This document shows, one piece after another, positions 28,343 to 37,639 of a DNA stretch of 64,000 nt. The notes under the pieces were generated by a model that had not been told where the DNA came from, did no database searches, and saw only the letters and a list, made by a program, of their open reading frames with translations. Within the stretch, counting starts at the first letter, position 1. Every line of letters begins with the position of its first letter. A program made the translations under genes and the position numbers. This DNA is from Candidatus Latescibacterota bacterium. Lineage in GTDB: Bacteria; Latescibacterota; UBA2968; UBA8231. Where the stretch lies: the NCBI GenBank assembly GCA_965200315.1, contig OZ241362.1, positions 2,048,001-2,112,000 of the forward strand, given 5' to 3'.

Positions 28343-29269
28343 ATGAGGTTACTGATTGCCTGCGGCTTTAGCCTAGCCTTAATCGGCACCGCAAACGCCC
28401 AGTTCAACGATCCGCCGGCCCTCGAAAATCGCAACGGCCGGCTCGGCTTTGAGTTTTACATGCTCGAAGTCCCCGATCCCAGCGCTATGACGGCCGACGG
28501 CGACGCCAGCGACTGGGGCTGGTTCGACCCCGAATACACCCTCACCATGGATGAATGGCGCGACGAAGCGGATCGTCCCCTGCCCGAGCGCGACGACTAC
28601 AACGTCACCACCCTCATGGGTTGGAAGGGCGGCGATGTCAACCGCTGGTACGTACACATGGAAATTGTCGACGACGTCCTCTGCCACTGGGGCACCAACG
28701 TCGAGCAATGGCACGCCGACATGATCGAGTTTGCCCTCGATCCGACGGATCACGGCCGCGAATTCGGCACTGGTTGGGTCATGGAATACATCGCCCGCCC
28801 GGGCGACATGGTCCCGCCGCAGAACGTGCGCTATCGCTGGACCGGCCCAGATGGGTGGCTGGAAAACAACGAAGTCATCGAGTTCGCCGTCCGCGTCGAT
28901 CCGCCCGAAGCCTGGGCCGCTGAAGTATGGGACGCTGGTGGTACCACGTATTACGAGTGGAACTACGAGGTCAAGAGGTTCATGGAAGACGGCGGGCCAG
29001 CGGCCAGCGAGACCGTCCAATTAGACGACCTCGCCGGGGAAGCCGGCGCGGGCATAGCCTTCAACCTGTGGGCTGAGGACAGCGAGCCAACAGAAGACGA
29101 CGGCGACCGCGCCTCTTCAGTGGTCAACGACATGACCACGCGCGGCCCCGAAGCCTCGGCGCGGCAGTACTACGCTCATGCCCTGCTGCTGCGCAGCGGC
29201 GAGTACGCTGCGGCAACAGCCGTCGAAGAGTCAACTTGGGCGCAGATCAAGGACTCCTTCCGCCGCTAA
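28343..29269 (+). CDS. Secreted acidic protein, CBM9/DOMON-like, with C-terminal TAVEESTWAQIK tail
   Basis: Signal peptide, DGDASDW, D..EF..DP, YEW motifs; AGGAG RBS. Confidence 0.75.
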   Translation: MRLLIACGFSLALIGTANAQFNDPPALENRNGRLGFEFYMLEVPDPSAMTADGDASDWGWFDPEYTLTMDEWRDEADRPLPERDDYNVTTLMGWKGGDVNRWYVHMEIVDDVLCHWGTNVEQWHADMIEFALDPTDHGREFGTGWVMEYIARPGDMVPPQNVRYRWTGPDGWLENNEVIEFAVRVDPPEAWAAEVWDAGGTTYYEWNYEVKRFMEDGGPAASETVQLDDLAGEAGAGIAFNLWAEDSEPTEDDGDRASSVVNDMTTRGPEASARQYYAHALLLRSGEYAAATAVEESTWAQIKDSFRR

Positions 29270-29346
29270 ACCTTAACATCTCGAAGCGGCTTCGCGGCAA
29301 AACGCCGTAGCAGAGTCGCTCCCCCTCACATCGAGAATTCTCTTTA

Positions 29347-29382
29347 GGGCGGGTGCGCGTTATCAGGTGCCCGCCCACTTTT
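29347..29382 (+). terminator. Possible rho-independent terminator
   Basis: gggcggg...cccgccc stem followed by tttt. Confidence 0.4.
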
Positions 29383-29397
29383 GCATCTTTACCGGCG

Positions 29398-29441
29398 TCG
29401 CGTTGGTAGGGATGGCCGGCTGGTCGCCCCTACCAACGCGA
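29398..29441. repeat. GTAG-type REP palindrome
   Basis: tcgcgttggtaggg ... ccctaccaacgcga, 14-bp arms. Confidence 0.7.
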
Positions 29442-29474
29442 TACGTAACGTCAGTTAGGTAGAGAAAACGTACA

Positions 29475-30188
29475 ATGCGCGTATGGATAGCGGTACTCAT
29501 CTTACTCGCTAGCGGCTGTGGACGCTATTTTCCCCAACCCCTGCGGCCCACGCCCCAACAGGCCGAAGGCCTGACCGTCAACGACGACGGCTCGGTCACC
29601 TACGCGCTCGAGCGGCTGGCCATCACCCTAAGGGCAATGACCGACGCCGAACTCAACCGGCAATTCCCCCAAGCCTCGACCGGCGGGGCCGCGGCAGTCA
29701 ATCCCTATACCTTTGGCGATTGGGTCCCACCCGGCGACGACTGGACGCCTTCCCGCTTTCTGGTGATGAAACTAGGCGTCGCCAATTACCAGTTCCCCAA
29801 GGTCGTCATCGACCCTCTCAAAGCCACGATCAAAGCGGCCAACAATCAAATCTACCGAGCCTTGAGCTACGCCGAGCTGTACGAATACTACCGATCGTAT
29901 TGGCAGGCCAACTCCGGCCAAGGCCGAATCGAATTCAGGACACGCACCGACATTCTCAAGCAAACCATGTTCACCGATGCCTTCATCTTCAGCGGCCGCG
30001 ACGAGGAAGGGTACATCGTCTTTCCCCGTTTGGACGCCGAAATACAGAGCATCCAAGTGGAAATCGCCGACATCGCCATCCGCTTCAATTTCGACAACGA
30101 ACCCGTGGAGACCATTGACCTCAGCGTCTCTTTTGAGCGCGAGGTGCTCAGGGGGAACGCGCCCCATAGCGCGGTTCCATTGAACTGA
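29475..30188 (+). CDS. Hypothetical lipoprotein heading the FlgD-protein operon
   Basis: Lipobox ASGC; stop overlaps the next start. Confidence 0.8.
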   Translation: MRVWIAVLILLASGCGRYFPQPLRPTPQQAEGLTVNDDGSVTYALERLAITLRAMTDAELNRQFPQASTGGAAAVNPYTFGDWVPPGDDWTPSRFLVMKLGVANYQFPKVVIDPLKATIKAANNQIYRALSYAELYEYYRSYWQANSGQGRIEFRTRTDILKQTMFTDAFIFSGRDEEGYIVFPRLDAEIQSIQVEIADIAIRFNFDNEPVETIDLSVSFEREVLRGNAPHSAVPLN

Positions 30189-32203
30189 TGATCATGCGCC
30201 CCCTCTGCTCTCTTCCGCTTGGCCGCGGCGTCGCTGTCTGCATGTTGTTAGGGCTGGGGGTGCGGCTGGGGCTGGCCGAGGTGGAAACATACCACCTCGG
30301 CCGCGGCGGTTTGTCATGGGCTTCTCAAGCGGATATCCAAAACGGAACCGTAGGGGTAGAGGGCGCACTGCAGCCGCTGGAGTTGCGCAGCGGCCAGAAC
30401 CTGATGGAGTTGCTGCGGGACGCAGGTCAGACTTGGCTCAACGGCAGCCCCAGCGACTTCACCAAGCCCGGGCAGCCGCGCACTTGGTCCAACGACGGCC
30501 CCTTCAACCAAGTAAAGGGACCCCTACAGCTCGTTGACGGCGATCCTTCTAGCTCGTCCGAAGGCGCATTCCGCACGGCGCGCAACCAAGCGGGGGCCAC
30601 GTTTTTCTGGGATCTCGGCGCTCCTTTTCCCATAGACCGTGTGCGCTTTGCCCCAGCACCTAGTGAGCTAGATTGGTTTATCAAGGCATTTGAACTGCGG
30701 GTGAGCGACGGCGAGCAGTTCGACGAGGTCAAGCGGCCCGTCTATCGCCTGCTGAGCCGCGTCGAGGACAACAAGGACCCAGTAGTCGAGCTTTCCTTCA
30801 AGGGAGTGCAGGGGCGCTTCTTCCAGCTCAAGGTGCTCTCGCGCAATCCCTTCAACCTCGCGGAGTTTGAAGTGTACGGCGAGGGATTCGTGCCGGTGTC
30901 CAGCTATGTCTCGCAGCTCCATTCCTTTGGGCGGCCCGTGAATTTCGGGCGGCTCGTGCTGCGGGCCGAGCGGTTGGACCGCGGCTCAGCAGGCGACACC
31001 GCGATCGTGCGCTTGCAGCTACGCAGCGGCATGGACGACACCCCCATAGCCTACTTTCGCCGCGACCGCGACACCGGCGTCCGCGAAGAAATATCTCTGT
31101 CCGAGTACAACAATCTGCCCAGACGCGCCCTGTACCGTCGCGATCCCGACACGGGAGCCGTGCTAGGAGAAGTAACTCGGACCGAGTATCTCTCGCTGCC
31201 GTTGGCCGAGGTCGGGCCAGCGCGCGACTTTGTGCAAGCCGACATCCGCGAAGACGTGGAGAATTGGAGTAGCTGGACTCCACCGCTGCAACTCGATTCG
31301 TCGGCGACGGTCGTCATGCCGTTAGAGCTGCCAAGCCCGCGCGAATTCTTGCAATTCCGCGTCTTTTTTGACGGACGCGCTGCGACCACCATGCGCCTCG
31401 ATAGCTTGGTGGTAGAGTTTTCTCCTCGGCTGGTCAGCACGGCCGTCGGCGAAGTCGCATTGGCCACTGATCCCAATCCCGCCGGCGGTATATTGGCCGT
31501 TCCGAGCGGAATCGATACCTCCTTTGTCTGCGACATCCTCACCCAATTCGACGAAGACGATCTAGCGGGCTTTCGCGGCCTCAAGCTCACCGCCTTTCCA
31601 CCGCCCGTTTTTGAGCGACTGCAAATGGGCGATCCCCTCGTCGGGGTTGCAAACGCCGAAGTCGAGCCTATCGCCGAGGGTTTTCACGTCTTTTTCCCGC
31701 CAGTGACGCGCCAAAACAACCAGCCCATGCGACTGACCTTTAGGCTGCGGCTTTTGGAGTACCATACGCCGCTGAACGCCTTCTTGCTGGGCGCCGACGA
31801 TGTGCCACCACATCCGATTGTGGCCGGCAATGCCAGTGCCGAGGTGGGAACGGGGTCCATCCATATTTTCGCCGCAAGCGCCACGCCCTCAATCGAAGCC
31901 CTCCTGTCGACCTCCGTGCTCACGCCCAACGGCGATGGGATCAACGACGCGGTCGAAGTCGCCGCCGTGCTGACGCAATTTGCCGGCGAGGTGCCGCTGG
32001 CCGTCGAAATTTTTGACCTTTCCGGCCACCGAGTGCGGGAGCTGATTGCCGCGCCCCGAGCCGCGGGAGTCTATCGCGAAACGTGGGACGGACGGGATGG
32101 GACCGGCTCAAGGGTCGCGCCCGGTTTATACCTATGTCGGATCGGGGTGAGTTCGAACATCGCCTCGACTGCCGAGACCCTGCTCATAGGAGTGGCGTAT
32201 TGA
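30188..32203 (+). CDS. Secreted TPNGDG/FlgD-Ig protein (paralogue 4)
   Basis: DGDPSS, WDLGAPF, LAEFEVYGEGF, RSGMDD..WSSWT..PSPREFLQ, LTPNGDGIND, ends GVAY. Confidence 0.85.
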   Translation: MIMRPLCSLPLGRGVAVCMLLGLGVRLGLAEVETYHLGRGGLSWASQADIQNGTVGVEGALQPLELRSGQNLMELLRDAGQTWLNGSPSDFTKPGQPRTWSNDGPFNQVKGPLQLVDGDPSSSSEGAFRTARNQAGATFFWDLGAPFPIDRVRFAPAPSELDWFIKAFELRVSDGEQFDEVKRPVYRLLSRVEDNKDPVVELSFKGVQGRFFQLKVLSRNPFNLAEFEVYGEGFVPVSSYVSQLHSFGRPVNFGRLVLRAERLDRGSAGDTAIVRLQLRSGMDDTPIAYFRRDRDTGVREEISLSEYNNLPRRALYRRDPDTGAVLGEVTRTEYLSLPLAEVGPARDFVQADIREDVENWSSWTPPLQLDSSATVVMPLELPSPREFLQFRVFFDGRAATTMRLDSLVVEFSPRLVSTAVGEVALATDPNPAGGILAVPSGIDTSFVCDILTQFDEDDLAGFRGLKLTAFPPPVFERLQMGDPLVGVANAEVEPIAEGFHVFFPPVTRQNNQPMRLTFRLRLLEYHTPLNAFLLGADDVPPHPIVAGNASAEVGTGSIHIFAASATPSIEALLSTSVLTPNGDGINDAVEVAAVLTQFAGEVPLAVEIFDLSGHRVRELIAAPRAAGVYRETWDGRDGTGSRVAPGLYLCRIGVSSNIASTAETLLIGVAY

Positions 32204-34257
32204 CCGCTTTCTTGCTAGTGCCGCTGCTGTTGCTCGCCGGGGCGGCTTGGGGCAGCTCGGCTGAGGCTTCGACGTTGCGCTCAGCCGAAGGGCAGGCGTC
32301 GGCATGGGTCGTCGGCTCCAGTGGCGACCCTTGGGCCGAGGTAGCCGAGCGCTGGATCGCCCTCGACGACTCTGTGCGCCTTGGAGCCGTCCAGCCTCGC
32401 TCCGTGCCCCCGGGGCACAACGTGCTGCGCGGGTTCGTGCGCGCAACGGGTGTTGCCGCTCAGGTCAACATCTTTGACTACCCGTGGGCTTTCACCAAAG
32501 ACCCGGACCGGCTGGAGACCGACAACCAACTCGTGGGCTGGCATCCGCGCATGTGGGGAGGCAACGGAGCGGTGATGCGCGGCCTCATAGATGGCGACGA
32601 GCTGACCGCCTCTTTCGTCCATCCGCCGCGCATCGACGGGCGGCCCAATGCCGCGGTGTTCTATACGCTTGACCTAGGAGTGCCCATCGCCCTCGATAGC
32701 CTCGTTTTCTTTCCGCCCCAAAGCGGCTTTACCGACGACAACAGACGCCAGCGCAACGTCTTCCCCGTGGGCTACGAAGTGACGCGCACCAATACGCCCA
32801 CAGACTGGCTCATTTTTGAGGATGAGGCCGTCGCGCTCGGGTCGCCCGGCTACCACCCGCTCGACGAGTTGGTCGGCAGCACCTTTTCCAACAACCAGAG
32901 CATTGTGTCGCTGCGGCCGCCTTTGCGCTTTACGCGCTTTTTGCGCTTCAAGTTCGGCGGCGTCACGTCGCTGGGCATCCTCGCCGAGCTACAGGCTTTT
33001 GGCCGCGGCTATCCCCAAGTGGCGCGCTACTTGTCGCAAGTTAAGTCCTTTGGCGAGCCCGTGAGTCTCGGTCGTCTTACTTGGCACTTCACTCGCTACC
33101 GGCAGACGAGTTCCGGCCGCATCGTCGAAGACCGAGCGGCCCCGGTCCAGCTCGTCATCCAGACGCGCTCCGGCACGGACGACGATCCAATAGACCACTT
33201 TATTTTTGACGAACTCAGTCGCCTCCTCAAAGTGGATCGCCCGACCTACGAAGATGCGCCGAGAGTCGTGCATGCCGCCTACGCACGCGCGCCTGGGTTT
33301 CAAGCGCGCCGAGGAGAGGACACGGAGCATTGGACTCCTTGGTCCATTGCTTACGTAGAGTCGGGCGACGAGGTGCGCTCGGCCGATGGCGGGGCGTTTT
33401 TCCAGTTTCGCTTTGAGATCGCCACAGAGCATCCCTTTGCCTTTGGCGTGCTGGACAGCGTGGCCTTTGAGGTGTCGCCTCTGTTGGCCGATAGTGTGCT
33501 AGCCGAGGTCTCGCTCGCCGGGCCACTGCCCGACCCCAAGGTCCCGCTAGGCGAGGATACTACGTTTGTCTATGACATTCGCACAGTCTTCGCCACCAGC
33601 GGCCGCGTGGGGTTTGACGCGATCGAATTAGACGTGCCTCCGGGCGCACGTTTTCTCAGCTTGGAGATAGACGAAGTGTCCGCGCAGGAAGGCGTGGATT
33701 TTTCTTTTGTCGCCGCGCCCAATAAATTCAGCTTCACTTTTCCGCGAGTTTTTGTCGAGGACACGTCGTTTCGCGTACGCTACCGCAGTGCGATCTACCA
33801 AGCGTCGCTCTTTTTAGAAGGGCAATTGATCAACCGCGACCCACAGGCCGCCCTCTTGCCCCAGTCGATTGAAGCGGGTGATGCGCACGCAGATGTCGCC
33901 AGCAACAGCATCCAAGTGGTAGCCAGCGAGGAAGAGTTGAGTGTCTTGGGCGCACTGCGGCTGTCCTCGCCGGTTGTAACGCCCAATGGCGACGGAGCTA
34001 ACGACACCGTCGTCGCGGCCTTCGATCTGTTTGGCGTCAACGGAGCGCCGACCACCATGGAAGTGCGCGATCTCGCAGGACGCCGCGTCGCCATCCTGCT
34101 CAGCGCCACGTCCCAAGCTGGCTCCTACGCGCCGACTTGGGACGGCAGGGACGCGGATGGGGAGCTGGTGCCGCCCGGCCTCTACTTGGTGCAGATAGAA
34201 GTCGAGATCGATTTGGGCGTGACGACGCGGGCGCATGCGGTCGCCGTGGCCTATTGA
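32200..34257 (+). CDS. Secreted TPNGDG/FlgD-Ig protein (paralogue 5)
   Basis: Likely TTG start overlapping the previous stop; DGDELT, TRSGTDD..WTPWS, VTPNGDGAND, ends AVAY. Confidence 0.85.
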   Translation: MTAFLLVPLLLLAGAAWGSSAEASTLRSAEGQASAWVVGSSGDPWAEVAERWIALDDSVRLGAVQPRSVPPGHNVLRGFVRATGVAAQVNIFDYPWAFTKDPDRLETDNQLVGWHPRMWGGNGAVMRGLIDGDELTASFVHPPRIDGRPNAAVFYTLDLGVPIALDSLVFFPPQSGFTDDNRRQRNVFPVGYEVTRTNTPTDWLIFEDEAVALGSPGYHPLDELVGSTFSNNQSIVSLRPPLRFTRFLRFKFGGVTSLGILAELQAFGRGYPQVARYLSQVKSFGEPVSLGRLTWHFTRYRQTSSGRIVEDRAAPVQLVIQTRSGTDDDPIDHFIFDELSRLLKVDRPTYEDAPRVVHAAYARAPGFQARRGEDTEHWTPWSIAYVESGDEVRSADGGAFFQFRFEIATEHPFAFGVLDSVAFEVSPLLADSVLAEVSLAGPLPDPKVPLGEDTTFVYDIRTVFATSGRVGFDAIELDVPPGARFLSLEIDEVSAQEGVDFSFVAAPNKFSFTFPRVFVEDTSFRVRYRSAIYQASLFLEGQLINRDPQAALLPQSIEAGDAHADVASNSIQVVASEEELSVLGALRLSSPVVTPNGDGANDTVVAAFDLFGVNGAPTTMEVRDLAGRRVAILLSATSQAGSYAPTWDGRDADGELVPPGLYLVQIEVEIDLGVTTRAHAVAVAY

Positions 34258-34325
34258 TGCGGAGAAAAGCCGATGCTCAGACGCTGTCTGAAAATCCCCG
34301 TCGGAACGGCCGGGGGCCGTTTGCA

Positions 34326-34350
34326 CGAGGGCGAGACGCCCTCGATCCCA
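34326..34350 (+). repeat. REP-like palindrome cgagggcgagacgccctcgatccca
   Basis: Same family as 9169-9193. Confidence 0.65.
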
Positions 34351-34374
34351 GCGGGTGGAGCGCCCCTCAGACCA

Positions 34375-36795
34375 ATGCTTAGACGTGATCTCATCCGCGT
34401 CAGCCCCTGGCAGTGGAGTAAAAAACTATCTCTGCTGCTCTTGCTCGCGGCTCACTCCGCCCTATACGCTCAGGACATTGTTTTTGCGGGGACGGACTTT
34501 GCGGCGTGGCATCATCCGGCCGGGCTGGTCCAAATCAGCTCTACCGGGGTCGCTGTTAAGCGTTTTGGCACCTCGTTTAACGCAGTTGCCAATGCCAACG
34601 AATTTTCATCCGTTACCATTGGCGACTACGGCCGCTTGCCGGTACGCACACCCTCCAATCAGGCTCAAGCCGGACTAGTGGCGGATCAAGACCACAACAC
34701 CTATTGGCAGCCCGACTTAGACGATCCGCTCCAGAAGTGGTGGCTAGAGGTCGATTTGGACCGGGCGGTCGTCGCCCGCAAAATTCGCTTGATCTTTCCC
34801 CAAACCGAGAACGCTCGCCCCTTTGAGTTCTTTTCGGTCCACGTCAGCCCGGGCATCCAAGTCGCGGGCGCACCGGGTAAGCAAGTCGCGTTTGAGCGCG
34901 TCGGTCGCCCGGTCAACAACAACACCAAGCAGGTGGTAGAGTTCGAGCTCAAAACCGCCAATAAGCCCCCTCCCAGCGGAACTCCCAAAGGGCAGTACTT
35001 GGCAAAGAGAGACAGCTTAGATTTTTCTATCCTCCGCTTTGTGCGCTTTGAAGCGGCCGGCCAAACCGCTGGTGCCGCCCTCGCGGAAATCGAGGTGGAT
35101 GTCATTGGCTTCAACCTCTCGACCCGGGTGTTTACCGAGGAGCGCACGGAAAAGGGCGAGGCGAGTTGGGGCGGCAGGACGTGGACTTCAAGAGCACGCG
35201 ACTGCGACGGCTGCGGCAAGGCCAGCGGCGCGGAATTTCTCGTGGATGCGGACCTCGGCCGACGGCTGTGGAGCATCCAAGCCTCTTCTGGTGATCGCGA
35301 TTGGCGCGACGATGGCGTCTGGTCCGTGATCGACTTTGGCAACGTGTTCCGCATCGACCGAATCATCTTCGTGCCGCTCATCGGCGGCCGCAGTCCGTGG
35401 CTCTACGGCTACCAACAGGGCGCGGTGGGCGGCTTTCCCAAGTTCGACATCCTCACCTCCGACGGCAGTCCGAGCAACACGGCCGACCCGACGGCCGAAG
35501 GGCCGTTTGAATACGAGCTGCTATCCGAAGTGCGCACCAGCTACCCCTTCAACGATTTTCAATTTTCCACCCGCGACACGCGCCTCATCCTCTGGCGCGT
35601 GATCGGCTTCTACGGGCGCGACGCCAATGCCTTGCAGCTTTTTGCCTTTCACCGCGAGGGCTATCCCAAGCGCGTCGAGCTAGAGTCCGACGACCTCGAC
35701 CTGGGCGCGGCGCGCAGCATTCGGCGCATTGAGTGGGACGCTGACCTGCCGCCGGGAACGCGCTTAGAAGTGCAGACCCAGACGGGCAACGGCTTTACAG
35801 AAGTTACGCGCTACTTTCTCAAAAATGGCGATGAAGTCACCAAGGAAGCCTATGAAGCGGCGCGCAAGCGCTACCGCGGCGACATCGTGCAAGAAAATGT
35901 GCGCGATGCAACGTGGAGCACTTGGAGCCAGCCGCACCGCTTTTCCGGCCAGAGCTTTCAGTCGCCTTCGCCGCGGCGCTACTTGCGCACGCGCATTCGC
36001 CTGTACAGCGACGACCCAGACGTGTCGCCGATGCTGCGCTCGCTGCGGGTTGTGGCCAACGATCCAGTCATTTTTGCTGGCCTGAGCGGCTCGGTGTGGC
36101 CGCGCGAAGCCGCCCTCGATTCGCTGACCGAGTTTCGCTATACCATTAAGCCGCAGGCGTTCAACAGCCGCGACCCTGGGTTCGACCAAGTACTGCTCGC
36201 CTTGCCGCCGGGCAGTGCGGATGCCGAATTGATTGCGGCGTGGGTGGGAGGCCAGCAGGTAGAGGCGACCAGTTCGTTGCGCGGAGATTCCCTGTGGGTG
36301 CAGTTGCCGCCGCCGGTGGTAAAGCGCGATTCCGTCAACATAGCATTTGCAACGCGGGTTTTTGCCAGCCCGACGGTCTTTGAGACCTTTGTCTTTAACT
36401 CCAGTCAAGAAGACAATGGTCAAGGCGTCGTGCCAGTCGAGTTGGGAGCCGATCAAGTGTTTGTGCCCGCGGTGGTGCAGGGCGCATCCCTGATCCGCAA
36501 CGTGCGCCACGCCGCGCTGTTCACACCCAATGGCGATGCGGTCAACGACCTGTACGAGCTGAGTTTTACCGTCGTCAAGACCAACAAGCAGCCACAGGTA
36601 CGCGTCTTTTCGCTCGACGGCCGCCTAGTCGCCCAATTAAAAGACAGCACTCCGCACGGGGCCCGGGCAACGTATGCTTGGGATGGCCAGCGCAACGGCG
36701 CGTTCGTACCGCCGGGCATCTACCTAGTGCAGGTCGAACTGCAGACGGATCCGAAGGATGAAATCGTGCAAAAGTACGTTCACGTCGTGTATTAG
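34375..36795 (+). CDS. Secreted TPNGDG/FlgD-Ig protein (paralogue 6)
   Basis: WWLEVDL, TQTGN..WSTWS..SPSPRRYL, FTPNGDAVND, ends HVVY; start uncertain (34273 or 34375). Confidence 0.85.
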   Translation: MLRRDLIRVSPWQWSKKLSLLLLLAAHSALYAQDIVFAGTDFAAWHHPAGLVQISSTGVAVKRFGTSFNAVANANEFSSVTIGDYGRLPVRTPSNQAQAGLVADQDHNTYWQPDLDDPLQKWWLEVDLDRAVVARKIRLIFPQTENARPFEFFSVHVSPGIQVAGAPGKQVAFERVGRPVNNNTKQVVEFELKTANKPPPSGTPKGQYLAKRDSLDFSILRFVRFEAAGQTAGAALAEIEVDVIGFNLSTRVFTEERTEKGEASWGGRTWTSRARDCDGCGKASGAEFLVDADLGRRLWSIQASSGDRDWRDDGVWSVIDFGNVFRIDRIIFVPLIGGRSPWLYGYQQGAVGGFPKFDILTSDGSPSNTADPTAEGPFEYELLSEVRTSYPFNDFQFSTRDTRLILWRVIGFYGRDANALQLFAFHREGYPKRVELESDDLDLGAARSIRRIEWDADLPPGTRLEVQTQTGNGFTEVTRYFLKNGDEVTKEAYEAARKRYRGDIVQENVRDATWSTWSQPHRFSGQSFQSPSPRRYLRTRIRLYSDDPDVSPMLRSLRVVANDPVIFAGLSGSVWPREAALDSLTEFRYTIKPQAFNSRDPGFDQVLLALPPGSADAELIAAWVGGQQVEATSSLRGDSLWVQLPPPVVKRDSVNIAFATRVFASPTVFETFVFNSSQEDNGQGVVPVELGADQVFVPAVVQGASLIRNVRHAALFTPNGDAVNDLYELSFTVVKTNKQPQVRVFSLDGRLVAQLKDSTPHGARATYAWDGQRNGAFVPPGIYLVQVELQTDPKDEIVQKYVHVVY

Positions 36796-36940
36796 ATGAG
36801 TTTTGGACTGTTAAAACCATCACCTAAAGGAGATATAACAGTGTGTATCGCAAGAGGAAATCGGCGTGGTTGAAACGATAATGACCAAGAGGTAAAAAAT
36901 AGCCATTGAATTTTTTGCGCCGAGAACGCCATTTCGGGCA

Positions 36941-37339
36941 ATGGCCGCTGAATTCGCACAACACTCAGAAGACATCGAAATGCGGCGAGACGCTCTGAAT
37001 TGTCTCGTGCAGATCGCCGCTGCCGATGGCGCGTTACACGCACACGAGAAACGCTATCTCAATGAAGCGGTCACCGCATTTGGACTACCGCCAAACACCT
37101 TGACCGAAGCCTTGGAAGAGCTACTTCCCGATCTACAGAAATACTATAAGCTCCTCGGCTGCGACCCCTCAGCTTCCGACGCCGAATTGACCCGCTGCTA
37201 TCGCGAATTGAGCAAACAATACCATCCCGACCGAATCTTCTCAAAGGAGCTCGCGCCGGATTTTATCGGATTCGCAAAAAAGAAATTCCAAGATATTCAA
37301 AACGCCTACTACATCATAACCGAGCGTCGCAAATCATGA
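36941..37339 (+). CDS. TerB + DnaJ (DjlA-like) protein, N-terminally truncated
   Basis: IAAADG..E, YYKLLG..YRELSKQYHPD J-domain. Confidence 0.7.
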   Translation: MAAEFAQHSEDIEMRRDALNCLVQIAAADGALHAHEKRYLNEAVTAFGLPPNTLTEALEELLPDLQKYYKLLGCDPSASDAELTRCYRELSKQYHPDRIFSKELAPDFIGFAKKKFQDIQNAYYIITERRKS

Positions 37340-37593
37340 GAATTCGCTACCTTGAAGATACGGATACCGCATTTATCGAGTTCACCGCAAAGCGCGTCGC
37401 CGAGACCCAAAAGTTGTGCGAGAACATCTACATTGCCCTCGACGAGCGAGGCGACCTCGTCTCTATGAAAATTGAGCGTACCAAGCAAAGTGCCGACATC
37501 CTAGAGTTCACCTTCGAGCGTCAACCAACAGCGACTGCGGAGTCAGTGTATAGCGAATCTGGATTCCCGCCTACGCGGGGAGGCAGTGGTTAG
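37336..37593 (+). CDS. DUF2283-like small protein
   Basis: IRYLEDTDTAFIEF..IALDERGDLVSMKIE. Confidence 0.7.
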   Translation: MRIRYLEDTDTAFIEFTAKRVAETQKLCENIYIALDERGDLVSMKIERTKQSADILEFTFERQPTATAESVYSESGFPPTRGGSG

Positions 37594-37639
37594 CGATCAC
37601 TAACCACGAACCACTAAACCAACCTGTGGGAGAGAGGAC

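Noticed and set aside
387-36795. Diversity-generating retroelement among the paralogous secreted genes
   Set aside because: No reverse transcriptase and no near-identical TR/VR pair with adenine-specific differences seen.
387-36795. Flagellar hook-cap (flgD) genes
   Set aside because: Only the Ig-like tail resembles FlgD; the proteins have Sec signals and there are no flagellar genes nearby.
37559-37582. ggattcccgcctacgcgggg palindrome
   Set aside because: Single degenerate copy of a common small repeat; little information.
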